This document shows positions 30,021 through 40,508 of a stretch of 64,000 nt of DNA, piece after piece. Below the pieces are notes generated by a model. The model was given only the letters and a program-made list of their open reading frames with translations. It was not told the origin of the DNA and made no database searches. The position numbers and the translations under genes are program-made. Position 1 is the first letter of the stretch, and each line of letters opens with the position of its first letter. The stretch lies in contig CAWBBO010000008.1 in assembly GCA_963787085.1 (NCBI GenBank), positions 11,146 to 75,145 of the forward strand, written 5' to 3'. This DNA is from an uncultured Gaiellaceae bacterium. Lineage in GTDB: Bacteria > Actinomycetota > Thermoleophilia > Gaiellales > Gaiellaceae.

Positions 30021-30075
30021 AGACCTGCGGACGAGCTGCACACGAGCGCCGGCGAGGTGGCGCCCGTCACATCCC

Positions 30076-30468
30076 CTACGCGAACACTTCCACGGTCGCG
30101 TCGTGCCCGGAGGCCCGGGCGATCCGCCGATCGCAGGTGACGAGCGGTGCCTCGAGCATCTCCGCGAGCGCGACGTACACCCCGTCGTAGACACCGAGGT
30201 TGAGACGAAGCTCCCACGCGCGCTCAACCAGTGCGAGATGCGGGTAGCGCACGACCGGGAGCAGCGCCGCGTCATGCAGGGCGTCCGTGGCGCGATCGTC
30301 GGAGAGCGCCCCGGCCGCAGCCAGGCGCCGTAGCGCCTGCGCGATCTCGACGTCGATCAGGTGCGGCGCGTGCAGGTCGCCGTCGGCGAGCACACGGTCG
30401 GCGAGCCCGGCCGCCCTCACGTCTGCCGCCAGCAGGTCGACGGCGGCGGACGCGTCGAGGACGATCAC
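30076..30468 (-). CDS. vapC: VapC PIN toxin
   Basis: MIVLDASAAVDLL, HAPHLIDVE, YDGVYVALAE..LVTCDRR. Confidence 0.92.
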   Translation of the reverse strand: MIVLDASAAVDLLAADVRAAGLADRVLADGDLHAPHLIDVEIAQALRRLAAAGALSDDRATDALHDAALLPVVRYPHLALVERAWELRLNLGVYDGVYVALAEMLEAPLVTCDRRIARASGHDATVEVFA

Positions 30469-30710
30469 CCGTGGCCCGCGGCGTCGCGGTTCTCACGGAT
30501 CGCACGCACGATCTCCGCTCGCGGAGCCCCGCCCTGCCGTGCCGCCGCCCGCGCCAGTACATCGGACACCGTCGGCCGGCGGGCGATACCCGCCAGCTCC
30601 TCGCGAAGATAGTCCGAGAGCGACAGCCCGGCCCGCGCAGCACGCACGCGTAACGTCGCGTGCACGTCGTCCGGCACGTCGCGGATCTGGATCGCCTTCG
30701 GCACGGCCAT
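30465..30710 (-). CDS. vapB: FitA-like RHH antitoxin
   Basis: IQIRDVPDDVHATLRVRAARAGLSLSDYL; GTGA overlap with vapC. Confidence 0.88.
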   Translation of the reverse strand: MAVPKAIQIRDVPDDVHATLRVRAARAGLSLSDYLREELAGIARRPTVSDVLARAAARQGGAPRAEIVRAIRENRDAAGHG

Positions 30711-30822
30711 GGCGAGTATACAACCACATTGCACGTAGCTGCATGCAAGATGGCCCTACGAGACAGGTTTCTCGGACGGTGTTCCATTTGTGATCGAAAT
30801 GCCGTAGGTTTTTGGCCGCGGC

Positions 30823-31302
30823 ATGAATCTCGACGACTGGATCCTCGCCCTGCACCTGCTGAGCGCCTTCGCGCTCGCCGGTGCGCTGACGATGTTCTCG
30901 ATCGGGGTGTTCGCCCTACGCTCGGCCGACACCCCGAGGCGGGTGCTCGCGCTGCAGCCGGCGATGAGGGTCTCCACAGTGGCGATCGCGGTCGGAGTCG
31001 CCGGCACGATCGTGTTCGGGATCTGGCTCGCGATCTCGCTCGATCCCTACCAGGTGTGGGACCTGTGGGTGATCCTCGCGCTCATCGGCTGGGCAGCCGC
31101 GACCGAGCTCGCCCGGCGCTCCGGGATCGCGTTCGGCGCCGCCGTCACACGGGCAGAGACGCTCGCAGGTGCGGGCCAGAACGAGCCGGACGCCGAGCTG
31201 AAGACGCTGGCCGGAAACCGGCAGGCGGCGAACCTGCACTGGATCTCGACCGCGATCACCCTGCTCGTCCTCCTCGACATGATCTGGAAGCCCGGGGCAT
31301 GA
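30823..31302 (+). CDS. DUF2269-like membrane protein
   Basis: LALHLLSAF; four TM helices; ends DMIWKPG. Confidence 0.75.
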   Translation: MNLDDWILALHLLSAFALAGALTMFSIGVFALRSADTPRRVLALQPAMRVSTVAIAVGVAGTIVFGIWLAISLDPYQVWDLWVILALIGWAAATELARRSGIAFGAAVTRAETLAGAGQNEPDAELKTLAGNRQAANLHWISTAITLLVLLDMIWKPGA

Positions 31303-31745
31303 GCGCACTCGCGTCGATCCGGCCCGACTCCTGGAACTTCCCGCTGCTGCTGCACGTGCTCGGCGCCATGGTGCTCGTGGGCGCGGCGGCGCTCGGATCG
31401 ATCTCGGCGCTCGCGTCGGGCAGAGACGAGGACAGCCGGTTCATGCGGCGGCTCGCGTTCCGCTCCTTCCTGATCGTGGCGCTGCCCGCCTACATCGTGA
31501 TGCGGATCGGCGCCGAATGGCTGTACAGCAAGGAATTCCCGGACGACGAACCTGACCTCGCCTGGATCGACATCGGCTACATCACGGCCGACGCGGGCGC
31601 CCTCGTGCTGCTCGTGACGCTGATCCTGTCCGGCCTGGCCGTCCGCCGCGGCAGCCCGGGACTCACCCGCGCCGCCGGCATCCTCTCCCTCATCGCCGTG
31701 ATCGCCTGGCTCGTCGCCGTGTGGGCGATGAGCGGCAAGCCCTAG
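31299..31745 (+). CDS. Membrane protein, paralog-like partner of the upstream gene
   Basis: LLLHVLGAMVLVG; ends AMSGKP; ATGA overlap. Confidence 0.75.
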   Translation: MSALASIRPDSWNFPLLLHVLGAMVLVGAAALGSISALASGRDEDSRFMRRLAFRSFLIVALPAYIVMRIGAEWLYSKEFPDDEPDLAWIDIGYITADAGALVLLVTLILSGLAVRRGSPGLTRAAGILSLIAVIAWLVAVWAMSGKP

Positions 31746-31825
31746 CAGACCCCCCCACGCCGGTATCCCCTGCGGGCCGGGCCTGTGCCCGGCCCGCCCG
31801 GCTGCACCGGGACCGATGCGAGCGG

Positions 31826-33039
31826 TCAGCCGACCTGGGGGCTCTCCAGGCGCTGCATGGGAGAGGCCTCCCCGCGACCTCTGCGACGCCAGGCCGCGAC
31901 GTGCTCGGAGACGATCACGGCGACGAGGATCGCGACCAGCAGCGTCGCCAGCACGAGCGCCGGCAGGAACGACCCGAGCGCCCCGACGGACAGGCAGGCG
32001 GCCGCGCCCGTCAGGCGCTTCCAGCTCACGCGTGCCGGCCATCCGCAGCCGGAAGAGCGCGTGCCCGAGCAGGTAGAGCGCCGGGCCGGCCACGAGTGCC
32101 GCCACCTCCTCGGCGGGCAGCGTGTCGGTGGGGTGCGCGATCACGAGCTCGTCGCCCACCGCCGAGACGATGATGCCCGCGGCGAGCACGACGTGCAGGT
32201 ACGTGTAGCCGTCGCGCGCGAGGCTCGTGCGGTCCTCGTCGGCGAGCTCGAGCCGCCGCTCGGCGATCGCCGCCACGTACGTGAAGTACAGCCACCACAG
32301 CGCCGCCGTCGACAGGAACGCCAGCACGAACGCCGCCCCTCGCCCGAGATCCAGGGGGAGATCCGCCGTCGTCGCCCCGGTGATCACGATCGTCTCGCCG
32401 AGCGCGATGATGATGAACAGCTGGAAGCGCTCCGCGAAATGGGAGGTCTCCACCTCCCACGTGTCGCCGGTGAGGCGCTCGCGGCCGGGAAGCCAGTAGA
32501 CGGCGAGCGGCGCCACGTAGTCGATCGCGAGCGCCGCGAGCCACAGGACGGTGCGCGCCGACCCACCTGCGAAGCCGCCCACCAGCCACAGCACACCCGC
32601 GGCCACGAACCAGGCGAGGATGTGGCCCGACCGGGTCCGCTCGATCGTGCCCGCGTCCGCCACCACGAAGGTGAGGAACAGGTGCCGCCCCACCTGGATC
32701 GCCACGTACGAGCCGGCGAACAGGAGGGCGCGATCGCCGAACGCCTCGGGGATCGCGACCGCCATCAGCAGGCTCGCGAGCATGATCGCGAGCAGGAGCA
32801 GCCGCACCGACCACCGCGTCCGGGTCGAGCTCGTTCGTCACCCAGGTCGTGTAGTTCCACGCCCACCACACGACCATCAACGCGAGCGCGGCGTGCCACA
32901 CCCCTTGCCACGTCAGGTCGCGCAGCAGCACGTGGGAGACCTGCGTGATCGCGAACACGAACACGAGGTCGTAGAACAGCTCCAGGCTGGACGCGCGCTG
33001 ATCCTCGCCGGGCTCGCGGTTGCGCAGAAAACGGGTCAC
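31826..33039 (-). CDS. ltrA: Low temperature requirement protein A (frameshifted)
   Basis: LELFYDLVFVFAITQVS, WWAW, HFAERFQLFIIIALGE, YTYLH. Confidence 0.9.
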
Positions 33040-33084
33040 GGCCTCCGGGAGCGTAATCGGCGGGCGCGTCGAGCCGGCGGCCGG

Positions 33085-34477
33085 TCAGCCGCCGGGTTGG
33101 CGCCCGTGCGCGAGGGCGGCGAACCGCTCGCGATCGGTCACGGCGACGGGGAACATGGGCGAGAACAGCAGCACATCCGCCTGCGCGGCGTGCCGGGTCG
33201 CGAGCTCGAACGCCTCGTCCAGGTTACGCGTGCGCAGCGTCGGTACGCCCCGCGCGGCGAGAAGCGGCTCGAGCCGGGCCGCCGCGGCGCCGAAGAGCAC
33301 GACGAGGCGCACGTGGCGAGCGACCACGTCGCAGCCTCGCTCCAGCAGCACCTGTTCCTCGGGCGACGCGTGCACCGGTCCCGTGCCGAGGTCGTCGATG
33401 CCGCCGGCGATGAGGACGACGCCTGCATCACGGTACGCGGCGAGGACGGCAGCGGTCTTGGACGGGGTCGCCGCCATGCCGTCGTCGACCACCAGCACAC
33501 GATCGAGCACGGCCACCGGCCGGGCGCGGTGGTGCGGCAGGTCGAGGTGGGCGACCGCATGCTCGAGCGCCTCCGGTGCCGCGCCCGCGGCGACGGCGAT
33601 CGCCAGCGCGACGAGGAGGTCGAGCAGCTGCGGGCCGCTGTACGGCAGGGTGTCGCGCGGCGCCACGAGTGTCTCCACCCCGTCTGAGCGCACCACGACG
33701 GCTCCGCCCCGGACGAACACGCCGGTTACGACAGGGCGCTCGAGCGAGACCTCGACCAGGTCGGCAGGAGTGATCTTCGCGAACGCGGCCGCAGCGGGGT
33801 CGTCGGCGTTGACGACGACGGTGTCGCCGGAGCGCTGGCCGCACACGATCGTCTCCTTCGCAGCACGGTACGCCTCGAGCGAGCCGTGCAGCTCGAGATG
33901 ATCGGGCCAGAAGCACGTGATCGCCGCGATGCGAGGGCTCTCGCGCATGAAGGCGAGGTGCGAGGAGGTGAGCTCGAGCACGAGCGGGCGAGCCGGGTCC
34001 TCCCGGTCGAGCAGCTCGGCGGTCGGCCACACGTTGCCGAGGCGTCCGGTCGTGCTCGCATCCACCCGGACACCCGCGCGACGGAGCAACTGGACGGCGA
34101 TGCTCGTGGTCGTCGTCTTCCCCGCGGTGCCGGTGACGCCGACGGTGATGCCCGTGGCCCGTTCCAGCAGCAGGTCGCCGAGGTTCGTCACGCGCGTGCC
34201 ACCGGCGCGGAGCTTCTTGCACACGAGGAGCGACCGCAGGCGTCCACACGTCGAGGTACGCGATCTCGGCCGTACCTGCGTCGGCATCCAGGTCGGCGTG
34301 CTGCTCCACGCGAACGCCGTGCGAGGCGAGGGCGAGCGCCTCCGGCGGGGCTGGGCCGGCTGCGGCGAGACGAATGACGTTGTGAGGGGCGGCGACGCGA
34401 TGGGTCGCGAGGTGGGCGGCGAGGGCGATCTGATCGGGCTCGAAGCCCTCGACGAGGACGGTCACACGCCGATCATG
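33085..34477 (-). CDS. MurD-like Mur ligase (frameshifted)
   Basis: VGVTGTAGKTTTT, LVLELTSSHL, PDHLELHGSLEAYRAAK, VVNADD, DDGMAATP, LLFSP. Confidence 0.75.
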
Positions 34478-35138
34478 GCGCCTTCGGGGCGGGGTCGCGC
34501 AGCGGTCCGTGCCGGGCCGGCGGGTCGCGCATGCCCGGCCAGCGCCCGGCGTGCCGCCCCTCGTCGGGAAAGCCGCTCGCCACCGGCGGAGCATCGCGGA
34601 CGTAGGCGCGCATGACCGCCAGCCGCTCGGTCGTCTCTCGCAGGCCGAGCAGCTGCACGAACGGCTCGCAGCCCAGGTGCGGCCGCGGCGGCGGAGCAAG
34701 CCCCGCGACCACGCGAAAGCTGCTCCACTCCCACTCCTCTGCGCGTGCGGCGAGGCCGTGCCTGACCGGGTTCGCGAGCGTGTAGCCGCAGCCCCGGTGG
34801 AGGTGCTCTGGCGTGACGATCGGTCGTGTGTGGTACGGGCGCTTGAAGAGGTGGCCGCTCGTGTGGTGCCGGCGGTGGAAGCGCCTGGCGTACATGCTCT
34901 TCAGCCGCTGCATCCCGCTCGCAAGGGACTCGGGCTCGGCGCGGACGACCTTGTGCAGGTGGTTGCCGAGCAGGCACCAGGCGTAGACGTCCCACTCGCA
35001 CTTTGCGACGACGTCGTCGAAGAGGTCGAGGTACAGCTCGCGGTCGGCGTCGCCGAGGAACACGAGCTCGCCGGCGTTTCCGCGGGTCGTGATGTGGTGC
35101 AGGCCGGTCGGCGGCCAGGTGCGGGCGACGTGCGGCAT
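34473..35138 (-). CDS. REP-associated tyrosine transposase (RAYT, Y1 HUH)
   Basis: HHITTRGN, WCLLGNHLH (HUH), GHLFKRPY, YTLANPVRHGL, WEWSS. Confidence 0.88.
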   Translation of the reverse strand: MPHVARTWPPTGLHHITTRGNAGELVFLGDADRELYLDLFDDVVAKCEWDVYAWCLLGNHLHKVVRAEPESLASGMQRLKSMYARRFHRRHHTSGHLFKRPYHTRPIVTPEHLHRGCGYTLANPVRHGLAARAEEWEWSSFRVVAGLAPPPRPHLGCEPFVQLLGLRETTERLAVMRAYVRDAPPVASGFPDEGRHAGRWPGMRDPPARHGPLRDPAPKAP

Positions 35139-35211
35139 CTTCCAGCGAAGCCTACCCTCTCAACGCCTCCAAATTGCCAATGTGGACAACAAGTTGCGAA
35201 ATCGGCACAAA

Positions 35212-35251
35212 GGGTGTCTCCCTCCGGGAGACACCCTGGGGGAGACACCCC
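35212..35251. repeat. REP-like palindrome upstream of the RAYT
   Basis: GGGTGTCTCCC-tcc-GGGAGACACCC plus an extra arm GGGGAGACACCCC. Confidence 0.65.
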
Positions 35252-35321
35252 GCAGGTCGCCGCCGCCGCCGGTCGAACCCCGAGGGCAGGTTGGCAGGCT
35301 TTGTGGTCGGCGACGAGTGGG

Positions 35322-36335
35322 CTACGCGCCCGGGTCGGCGCGACGGGCCGGGTCGCCCGAGTCGTCCCGCTCGCCCGCCTCGGGAAGGCGGGAGGAGAGA
35401 TCTGCGAGCAGGCTCTCCGACAAGTCGCCGCCCGGGTCGAGCGCGGAGAGCGCGCCCACCAGGAACTGCCGCACTCTGCTTCGCTCGTCGCTGATCTCAG
35501 CCGCCAGACGCTCCGCCTCCCGGCGCTCGGCCGCAACACGCTCGGCCTCGGCGCGGGCCTGCGCGAGCATCTCGTTCGCGATGCGCTCCGCTTCGCGGCG
35601 GCGCTCCTCCATCTCGGCGACCGCCGTACGCTCGCGCTCCACGGTCGCATCGACGGAGGCGGCCCGCTCGCGGGCCCGCTGCAAAGTCCCCAGGGCACGC
35701 GCCCGAGACGACTCGCGCAGCTCGTCAGCGGCCCGCACAGCAGCGAGCAGCAGCCGGCCGGCCTCGTCGTCGGAGCCGGCCCGCGAGGACGCCGGCAGCG
35801 CCTCCGACGGAGCCGCCTCCTCGTCGCCGGCACCGGCGCGCTCGCCAGCCTCCTCGAACGCCTGCACGCGCGCGTCGAGCTCGGCAACCCGTGCCGCAGA
35901 CTCCCGCAGATCGGAGACCGCCTGCTCGCGCTCGCGCTCGACGCGGAGCAGACGCTCCTCCAGTTCCTCCACCTCCAACCGGCCCTCGCGCAGCCGAGCC
36001 GCTTCTGTCTCGGCGGCCGACGCCCGCTGGACGAGCTCGGCAACCGACGCGGCACTGACACGCGCCTCGCTCTCCGCCGCCGCCACTTCCGCCTCGAGCG
36101 AACGCGTCCGCTCACGCAGAGCATCCCGCTGTCGCAGCACGTGGGCGTACCCTTCGGAAGCACGCAGCAGCAGCCACTCGACCCGGCGGCGGTCGTAGCC
36201 GCGCATCGCCACCGGCAGCCCGTCGGCCGCGAAGTCCTCCGGACGCAACGTGCCCAGCTCGGTCGTGCCCGTGCCGGTCGCTTGCACCTCGCCGGGAGCC
36301 GGCTTGTCGGCTGGACCGGGCGCAGGGGTAGACAT
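35322..36335 (-). CDS. DivIVA-domain coiled-coil protein
   Basis: LPVAMRGYDRRRVEWLL followed by a long coiled coil. Confidence 0.7.
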   Translation of the reverse strand: MSTPAPGPADKPAPGEVQATGTGTTELGTLRPEDFAADGLPVAMRGYDRRRVEWLLLRASEGYAHVLRQRDALRERTRSLEAEVAAAESEARVSAASVAELVQRASAAETEAARLREGRLEVEELEERLLRVEREREQAVSDLRESAARVAELDARVQAFEEAGERAGAGDEEAAPSEALPASSRAGSDDEAGRLLLAAVRAADELRESSRARALGTLQRARERAASVDATVERERTAVAEMEERRREAERIANEMLAQARAEAERVAAERREAERLAAEISDERSRVRQFLVGALSALDPGGDLSESLLADLSSRLPEAGERDDSGDPARRADPGA

Positions 36336-36460
36336 GCTCAAAAGGTACTCGCCCTGCGCCTCGCTGACTACTCTCCAGCGCCTCCAGCCGAGAAAACCCC
36401 CCGTCCAGAATCGCCGGCCGGGGCGGAGCCGCAGGTCCGCCCCGGCCAGTTTCCTCCTGC

Positions 36461-38005
36461 CTACCGGGTCTGCGGGAAGCCCAGGTCGACCTTGCTCGTA
36501 GCTGGGTCCGGCCACCGTGAGGTGACCACCTTGCCGCGCGTGTAGAAGTGGATCCCCTCAGGCCCGTAGATGTGCGAATCACCGAACAGCGACGCCTTCC
36601 AGCCGCCGAACGAGTAATAGGCGACGGGCACGGGGATCGGCACGTTGATGCCGACCATGCCGGCGTTGACGTCGAACTGGAACTGGCGAGCAACACCGCC
36701 GTCCCGGGTGAAGATCGCCGTGCCGTTGCCGTACGGGTTGTCGTTGATCAACTCGAGCGCCTCGTCGTAGGTGGCGACGTGCATCACACCGAGCACCGGC
36801 CCGAAGATCTCGTCCCGGTAGGCATCCATCTCGGGCGTGATCTCGTCGAGGAGGGAGACCCCGAGGAAGAAGCCGTCACCCGCCGGTGCCGTCTCACGAC
36901 CGTCGGCGAGCACCTTCGCGCCCTGCTCGGCCCCCGAGTCGAGATAGGAGGCGACCTTGTCGCGATGTGCCTGCGTGACGAGCGGGCCCATCTCCGACGA
37001 CGGGTCCATGCCGTCGCCGACCTTCACGTTCGGCAGCCGCTGCTTGATCGCGGCCACCAGCTCGTCGCCCACGCCCCCGACCGCGACCACGACCGACACC
37101 GCCATGCAACGCTCGCCGGCAGACCCGTAGGCGGCGCTGACCGCCGCGTCCGCTGCCATCTCGATGTCCGCGTCCGGCAACACGATCATGTGGTTCTTGG
37201 CGCCGCCGAGCGCCTGCACGCGCTTGCCGTTCTTCGTTCCCGTCTCGTAGATGTAGCGCGCGATCGGGGTCGAGCCGACGAACGACACCGCCGCCACGTC
37301 GGGATGCTCGAGCAGCGCGTCCACTGCCACCTTGTCGCCGTGCACCACGTTGAAGACACCGTCCGGCACACCCGCTTCCTGCAGCAGCTCCGCCGTGAAC
37401 ATCGAGGCGGACGGATCCTTCTCGGAGGGCTTCAACACGAATGTATTGCCGCACGCGAGCGCCGGCGCCCACATCCACATGGGCACCATCGCCGGGAAGT
37501 TGAACGGAGTGATGCCCGCCACCACACCCACCGGCTGGCGAATCGAGTACACGTCCACGCCGGTCGAGGCCTGCTCGGAGAACTCGCCCTTGAGCAGCGT
37601 CGGGATGCCGCAGGCGAACTCGATCACCTCGAGCCCACGCGTCACCTCGCCCATCGCGTCCGAGAGCACCTTGCCGTGCTCGGCCACGAGCAGCTTCGCG
37701 ATCTCCTGCTTGTTCTGATGCACGAGCTCCCGGATGCGGAACATCAACTCTGCGCGGCGAGCCAGCGAGAACGTGCGCCACGAGACGAACGCGCTCTTCG
37801 CCGCCTGCACCGCCGCGTCGACCTCCGCCGCCGACGCGAGATCCACCGCTCCGGTCTGGCGGCCGCTCGCGGGGTTGAAAACAGGGCCGGTGCGGCCGGA
37901 CGCGCCGGCCACGGCCCGGCCGCCGATCCAGTGGTGGATGGGCGCGATCTCGGCGCCGTTCGTATCTGCAGCGCCCGTGCCCGGCGCAGGTGCAAGCTCG
38001 GTCAT
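36461..38005 (-). CDS. mmsA: CoA-acylating methylmalonate-semialdehyde dehydrogenase
   Basis: GITPFNFPAMVPMW, LKPSEKDP, SFVGSTP, LGGAKNH, GERCMA, EIFGPV. Confidence 0.95.
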   Translation of the reverse strand: MTELAPAPGTGAADTNGAEIAPIHHWIGGRAVAGASGRTGPVFNPASGRQTGAVDLASAAEVDAAVQAAKSAFVSWRTFSLARRAELMFRIRELVHQNKQEIAKLLVAEHGKVLSDAMGEVTRGLEVIEFACGIPTLLKGEFSEQASTGVDVYSIRQPVGVVAGITPFNFPAMVPMWMWAPALACGNTFVLKPSEKDPSASMFTAELLQEAGVPDGVFNVVHGDKVAVDALLEHPDVAAVSFVGSTPIARYIYETGTKNGKRVQALGGAKNHMIVLPDADIEMAADAAVSAAYGSAGERCMAVSVVVAVGGVGDELVAAIKQRLPNVKVGDGMDPSSEMGPLVTQAHRDKVASYLDSGAEQGAKVLADGRETAPAGDGFFLGVSLLDEITPEMDAYRDEIFGPVLGVMHVATYDEALELINDNPYGNGTAIFTRDGGVARQFQFDVNAGMVGINVPIPVPVAYYSFGGWKASLFGDSHIYGPEGIHFYTRGKVVTSRWPDPATSKVDLGFPQTR

Positions 38006-38080
38006 AGCAGCCTCCTGAAGATGTAGACGGAGGGTACCGGGCCGCCTGCCGCTGCGGGCGACCGGCAGCTGACGGCCCGA

Positions 38081-39259
38081 CTAGCGGAGCCGCTGCTTGA
38101 GCAGCAGTACACGGTCGTAGCTTCGGCGCAGCGAGGCGAGCGGGACCGCGCCCGCGGTGGCGCGGTCGAGCAGCCACCGGTAGACGGCCGCGCTGTCGGC
38201 CTCGCCGCCGGTGAGGAGAACGAGATCGACGCCCGCCGAGGCCGCGAGGGCGGCAGCCGACGGGACCGCCTTCCCCCGTGTCGCGGCGGCGGCCTCGAGA
38301 GCGTCGGTGATCGTGACTCCCCGGAAGCCGAGCTCGCGGCGGAGGAGCCCCTGGATGCTCGTTGACCAGGCTCCCGGCGCGGGGCCGAATGCCGTGTAGG
38401 CGGCGTTCGAGAGCATCACCACCGGGACGCCCGCGGCGACCGCCCGGCGAAAGGGCATGAGGTCGCGCTCGAGCTCCGCCCGGGTTGCAGCGAGCGTCAC
38501 CGCCGTACGATCGGTCGAGCGCACGGCGCGGCCGATACCCGGGAAATGCTTCGCCACCGCGGCCACGCGGGCGTCGGCGAGGCCTGTCGCGAACGCTGTC
38601 GCCATGACCGCGACATGCGCCGGTCTGCCGGAGAAGGTTCGTTCCTCTGCAGCCATGAACGACCCGGCGACGGAGACGTCCGCGACCGGGGCCAGGTCGA
38701 CGTTGACACCTACCGCGCGCAGGGCCCGGCCGGTCTCGAGCCCAGCGCGGCGAACCGACGACGGTGTCGCGCGTCCGAGCTCCGCGGCCGAGAGCCGAGG
38801 GCCTGCCCACGGCAGCCTCCGGATCAGGCCTCCCTCCTGGTCGACCATGACGAGCAGCGGAGGCCGGCCCGCGGCTCGAGCGGCCCGCTGCAGACTCGTC
38901 GTCAGCATCCGCAGCTGGGTCGCGCCGGTGACGTTGGCGCCGAACAGGATCACGCCGCCCACTTCGCCGCGCCGGACGCGGCGGAGAAGCGCCGGCGAGG
39001 CGGCCGTTCCCTCGAGGGCGACGATCAGCCGCTGCCCGACGAGCTCGCGCAGCGCAGGCACCGCAACGGGTGTCGGTTGCGGTCGCCCGCCGGCGCCGCC
39101 GGCGAGGACAGCGAGGGCGACGGCGAGCACAAGGGCGACGAGTGCTGCCGTGAGCACGAGGGCGCCGGGCGAGCCGGCGCCGGACGGCGTCACACTGCGC
39201 GAGCTGACACGGGCGAAGCGTCGGCGGGCCGAAGGCGTGCGACGCGAGCGTTCTCGCAT
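38081..39259 (-). CDS. GH3 beta-N-acetylhexosaminidase (NagZ-like)
   Basis: VDQEGG, LAPVADV, KHFPGIG, LRRELGFRGVTITDAL; N-terminal TM. Confidence 0.88.
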   Translation of the reverse strand: MRERSRRTPSARRRFARVSSRSVTPSGAGSPGALVLTAALVALVLAVALAVLAGGAGGRPQPTPVAVPALRELVGQRLIVALEGTAASPALLRRVRRGEVGGVILFGANVTGATQLRMLTTSLQRAARAAGRPPLLVMVDQEGGLIRRLPWAGPRLSAAELGRATPSSVRRAGLETGRALRAVGVNVDLAPVADVSVAGSFMAAEERTFSGRPAHVAVMATAFATGLADARVAAVAKHFPGIGRAVRSTDRTAVTLAATRAELERDLMPFRRAVAAGVPVVMLSNAAYTAFGPAPGAWSTSIQGLLRRELGFRGVTITDALEAAAATRGKAVPSAAALAASAGVDLVLLTGGEADSAAVYRWLLDRATAGAVPLASLRRSYDRVLLLKQRLR

Positions 39260-39459
39260 GCACGGCACCGTACCGCCCGTGGCCGTCCTGGGCCACGACG
39301 GCCAGCCCTCCACCCGGAAGGGCCCCATGGGGAAGGAAGCTCCCTGGAGAAACGCTATCGCAGCAACGGTGCCGTGTCTGTGCCGGCTTTGTGCCGGATG
39401 CGCAACCTGCGAGGGCTGCACGCTAGAGGGAGGCGGAGAAGGTGTCGCACGCGTCCGCA

Positions 39460-39956
39460 GGCCTCCGCCTCCGTGGCCGCGCCTGTCGCGGAGGTTCTGC
39501 TCCGGCCTCCCGGGGCGACCTTCGTGCGCACATGCCGCAGTCCGGCGCCCCGAAAGCCTGCCTCGTCAATCGCTGCCGGCCGGTGCGTAGAACTATCCTT
39601 GCGCGCGGCTGCGGACAGCCGCGGCACGACACGGGGGAGTTGAAGAAAGAAATGGGACAGAAGTGGCTACGGCTCGCGGTAACGGCCGCGCTGGCCGATT
39701 CCTCCTCGCCGGCGTCGCTACCGCTCCCGCCCGGGCGGCAACCGACCGCGACCCGTCCACAATCCTCGTCAAGTTCTCGATCCGATCGCAGGCCGCGGGC
39801 ATCTTCAGCGCCTTCGGCGACAGAGCCGGCGCCCGCTTTGCCGGCGACGTCTACCTCGTGCGCCTGCCCAGCGGCCGCTCCGTGAGCGCTGCGCTGACGC
39901 TCTACTCGCGATTGTTCGGCGTCGAGTACGCCGAGCCGAACTACATCGCGACGTAG
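39460..39956. pseudogene. Diverged duplicate of the 40325-40808 region (5' of ypfJ-like gene plus 5' of S8 peptidase)
   Basis: DRDPSTILVKFSIRSQ...YSRLFGVEYAEPNYIAT* versus DRDRSTILVKFSIPSQ...YSRLFGVEFAEPNYVAT; GGCCGCGCCTGTCGCG-AGGTTCT shared. Confidence 0.8.
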
Positions 39957-40389
39957 CGTCGCCGGCCCGCAGCCGCCGGTGGCGATGGGCCGGTCGAAGA
40001 GGACGAGCTGCGCGTCCTCGTAGCTCTTGCTGCCGGCGGAGACTGGCTGCGCCCAGATCCCTGGGCATCGTCGAGGCCTGCTCGCGCCGCAGTCGACGAG
40101 CTTCGCGTCGGGTCCGGCCGTCGCCAGGCTTCTGCGCGGCCACACCGAGGTGGTCGAGGCTGCGTGCGCGAGGCCGCGTACGCCTGCGCGAACACGTTCC
40201 CGCCGAGCGGATCGCCGCGACGATCAGCGCTCACGCCGAGCAGGCCGCCGCCGGCAAGGCCGCCCTTCCCGGTCGGCAGCGGCAGCGGCAGACGGCCGCC
40301 TCCCAGACCGCCGCCGAAGCCGCCCGCCCCTCCCTGGCCGCGCCTGTCGCGAAGGTTCTTGCTGCGGCCCCGCGGCGTGAACTTCATGC
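39957..40389 (-). pseudogene. YpfJ/KPN_02809-type neutral zinc metallopeptidase, 3' truncated
   Basis: MKFTPRGRSKNLRDRRG, Gly-rich TM, YEDAQLVLF...GCGPAT; stops before the GPFYCP/HEXXH region. Confidence 0.65.
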
Positions 40390-40508
40390 GCACACAATGC
40401 CGATGCGCCGGGGTTGGAAAGACTAGCCTCGTCCTCCGCCGCTTCCAGTGGTATAAGCCTGAGCGGAGGCGGGTTACCGCGCCATTCCTTCGACGGGGGA
40501 CGGAGACG

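Noticed and set aside
20167-30710. Classical integron cassette array
   Set aside because: There is no tyrosine integrase in the window, and the repeats lack recognisable attC RYYYAAC/GTTRRRY ends and lie at 5' rather than 3' gene ends.
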